DNA from: Octopus sinensis
Taxonomy: Eukaryota
Reading direction: 5' to 3'
DNA length: 46,689 nt
NCBI RefSeq assembly: GCF_006345805.1
Contig: NW_021834534.1
Location: 1 to 46,689, forward strand
The notes beneath the pieces are model-generated. The model did not search any database. It was not told the DNA's origin and saw nothing but the letters and a program-made list of their open reading frames with translations. Shown here in pieces: positions 44,993 to 46,689 of the stretch. How positions within the stretch are numbered: position 1 is the first letter of the stretch; every line of letters starts with the position of its first letter. A program made the position numbers and the translations under genes.

Positions 44993-46168
44993 ATGGAAAT
45001 CGGTCAGTTAGCGGGAGCGTCGTTTTACTATGAAAAGACTAAATCCGGCGACACTCGAGTTTTCATAATCCAAAGCAATTCAATATGCTCGACTGTTGGG
45101 ATAAATGCAGTCTTTACTATCTTTCGTGTTTATTTATTATTAGTCAGGTTTAGAGCATGTGTTTGCACGGTACTTATGTGCCAGTTGCCTTATATAGCAC
45201 TCACACTGGTAATATTCCTTTTTATTAGATTATAAGCATACAAGAATTATTTTGGAGTAGTTGAGCGCAAGGGATTTGTCAAAAAGAACTGTTACGTACT
45301 TGAATCCTATCCTACATACGAATACCATTACATACTGACCGGTATTCCTATTATGTAAACACAGGATATCTTTTCAATTGCATTTTTCTGGAGGAAAGTG
45401 CTTATGTCATAAAAAATTTCAAACTAAACGACAAAAAAATCAAATACAGTTAGTTCAATTAAAGTTTCTATTTTAGTATGTGACCCCGTATTTGGTGACT
45501 GCGATCGTTTTGTAATTTTTTGTCTCTTACTATAAAGTACGTCGATGAAGATTTGGCCAATGCATATAGAACAGATCTGATCCCACTTGCGGACGTGGTG
45601 ACTCCGAACTGCTTTGAATTAGAGTATTCACATTTTCATTATTTTTAATAAGGAAACTTACCAACAATAAGGTTTTGAATTGTCAGGATGGGTTCGAGAT
45701 GATGTATTTGCTACATAAAATTGGGCCAAAAGTCGTTATTTTGACAAGTATTCCAACATCAGACAATACCAAATTAAAAAGTCTACTTTCGGTTGAAAAC
45801 AACGGTATTTAACAAAATTTCTTAATTAGAGGGAAATTAAGTCGTTTCTATATCGAATTTTCCAAATTTGACGCTCCTTTCTATGGATCCGGCGATTGCT
45901 TTGCAGCGTTGTTCTTAGTGTGGCTCGATAGGACGAAAGGAAATATTATTGTAATTAAAATCTAATCACTTCAGGAATCATTTGAGATTAGCATAAACGT
46001 GATGAACTCGATAATTAAATCTACATATTCTCACGCGAAAGGTGACTAATTATTGTGATTTTCACAGAGGCTGGGCTTTCTTGTCAATCGCTAAATCTGC
46101 GTTTATTGGATTCTGTTGATAAAATTAGGTGTCCGGAAATTATTTTTAAAGTACATGAATATAATTGA
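44993..46168 (+). CDS. PDXK: Pyridoxal kinase, paralog 2 (multi-exon, divergent N-terminus)
   Basis: Spliceable without frameshift as far as traced: RVFIIQSNSICSTVGINAVF..|SMCLHGTYVPVALYSTHT|AYKNYFG..YHYILTG|YL..ICDPVFGDCDRF|YVDE..LIPLADVVTPNCFELE..LHKIGPKVVILTS..FYGSGDCFAALFLVW..NLRLLDSVDKIRCPEIIF. Confidence 0.9.
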
Positions 46169-46559
46169 TTATTTTGTTATTTGAAGGAGAGTTATTTGAA
46201 TTACTTAGGTTTTTAATAAAAGAATGTTCATTGAAAACTAGCAATCAAATAATTCAAAAATTTCACTTCTAATTTGTCTAGAAATGTGGAAGGTAAGTTA
46301 GTATTTCCCTAATTTCATATAAAAATTATACAAACTACAGACCGTCCATAGTTCCACGAGTAAGAGGATCACGAAAGGTGATGGCGCTGTTCAGGGAGGC
46401 CCAAGACCAGTAAATTGAAAAATTTAATTAATCTAACTTTTAATTCACGCTTTAATATGTTTCTCGTTTTACTAATATTACTAATTTTATTCGAATATTT
46501 ATGTTAACAAAAGAGTGATGTGAATTATTTTTCTTCTTCCCTATTATTAGATATTCTTT

Positions 46560-46689
46560 TTAAAACAATCTTCGTCTCTTATGCCCAACTATCATAGTCG
46601 GTACATAGAGGTCCTCGTCCATTCGTATTCCTGATTCAGAAGAATGTTTCGGTTGACACTCAATCACTGCTTGCTCCTTTTTGGGAACC
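46560..46689 (-). CDS. 3' end of an unidentified gene running off the window
   Basis: Open frame VPKKEQAVIECQPKHSSESGIRMDEDLYVPTMIVGHKRRRLF*, with coding-like composition relative to its flanks. Confidence 0.4.
   Translation of the reverse strand, partial: VPKKEQAVIECQPKHSSESGIRMDEDLYVPTMIVGHKRRRLF

Noticed and set aside
26236-45330. Apparent frameshifts in TMA16, the lamin start and PDXK paralog 2 (possible editing or assembly errors)
   Set aside because: On recounting homopolymers and choosing the correct splice sites, all three read in frame.
46286-46405. Possible small spliced gene MWK|TVHSSTSKRITKGDGAVQGGPRP on the + strand
   Set aside because: Splice signals are plausible, but there is no homology and no convincing downstream exon.
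1-46689. CRISPR arrays, tRNAs, prokaryotic operons or defence systems
   Set aside because: No regularly spaced repeats or cloverleafs seen; all identifiable genes are intron-containing animal genes.

Overview
AT-rich eukaryotic (metazoan) genomic DNA, not prokaryotic. Compact, highly diverged animal genes are split by very small spliceosomal introns (mostly 21-32 nt) and sit among decayed transposons. The gene set, divergence and intron size best fit a myxozoan (parasitic cnidarian); this is inference, not a database result. Genes rebuilt by hand-splicing: two divergent pyridoxal kinase paralogs at the window ends, RPL24, CCDC177-like, a TQT-motif orphan, HYPK-like, macoilin, TMA16, INTS8, API5, a secreted GH18 chitinase, a lamin-family intermediate filament and an ANTH-only PICALM/AP180. 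Mobile DNA: CRE-clade, RTE-clade and another RLE-type non-LTR retroelement, Tigger/pogo, hAT and Ginger-type integrase transposons, several with readable TIRs and target-site duplications (TSDs). The most notable structure is an orphan 28S rDNA pseudogene. It carries a 920-bp 5'-truncated non-LTR retroelement in the D1 region with a 7-bp TSD and a (TAAC)n tail that matches the target, plus a large deletion that resumes at the R1 target region. Other leads: a lamin lacking the usual nuclear signals but with a possible vestigial CaaX, many stop-free 3n micro-introns, a PHD-bearing CRE element in a three-layer nest, and a retroelement fragment of a type I recall from microsporidia. No CRISPR or tRNA seen. 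Exon boundaries and homologies come from reading the sequence and recalled protein motifs and need RNA-seq and HMM confirmation.
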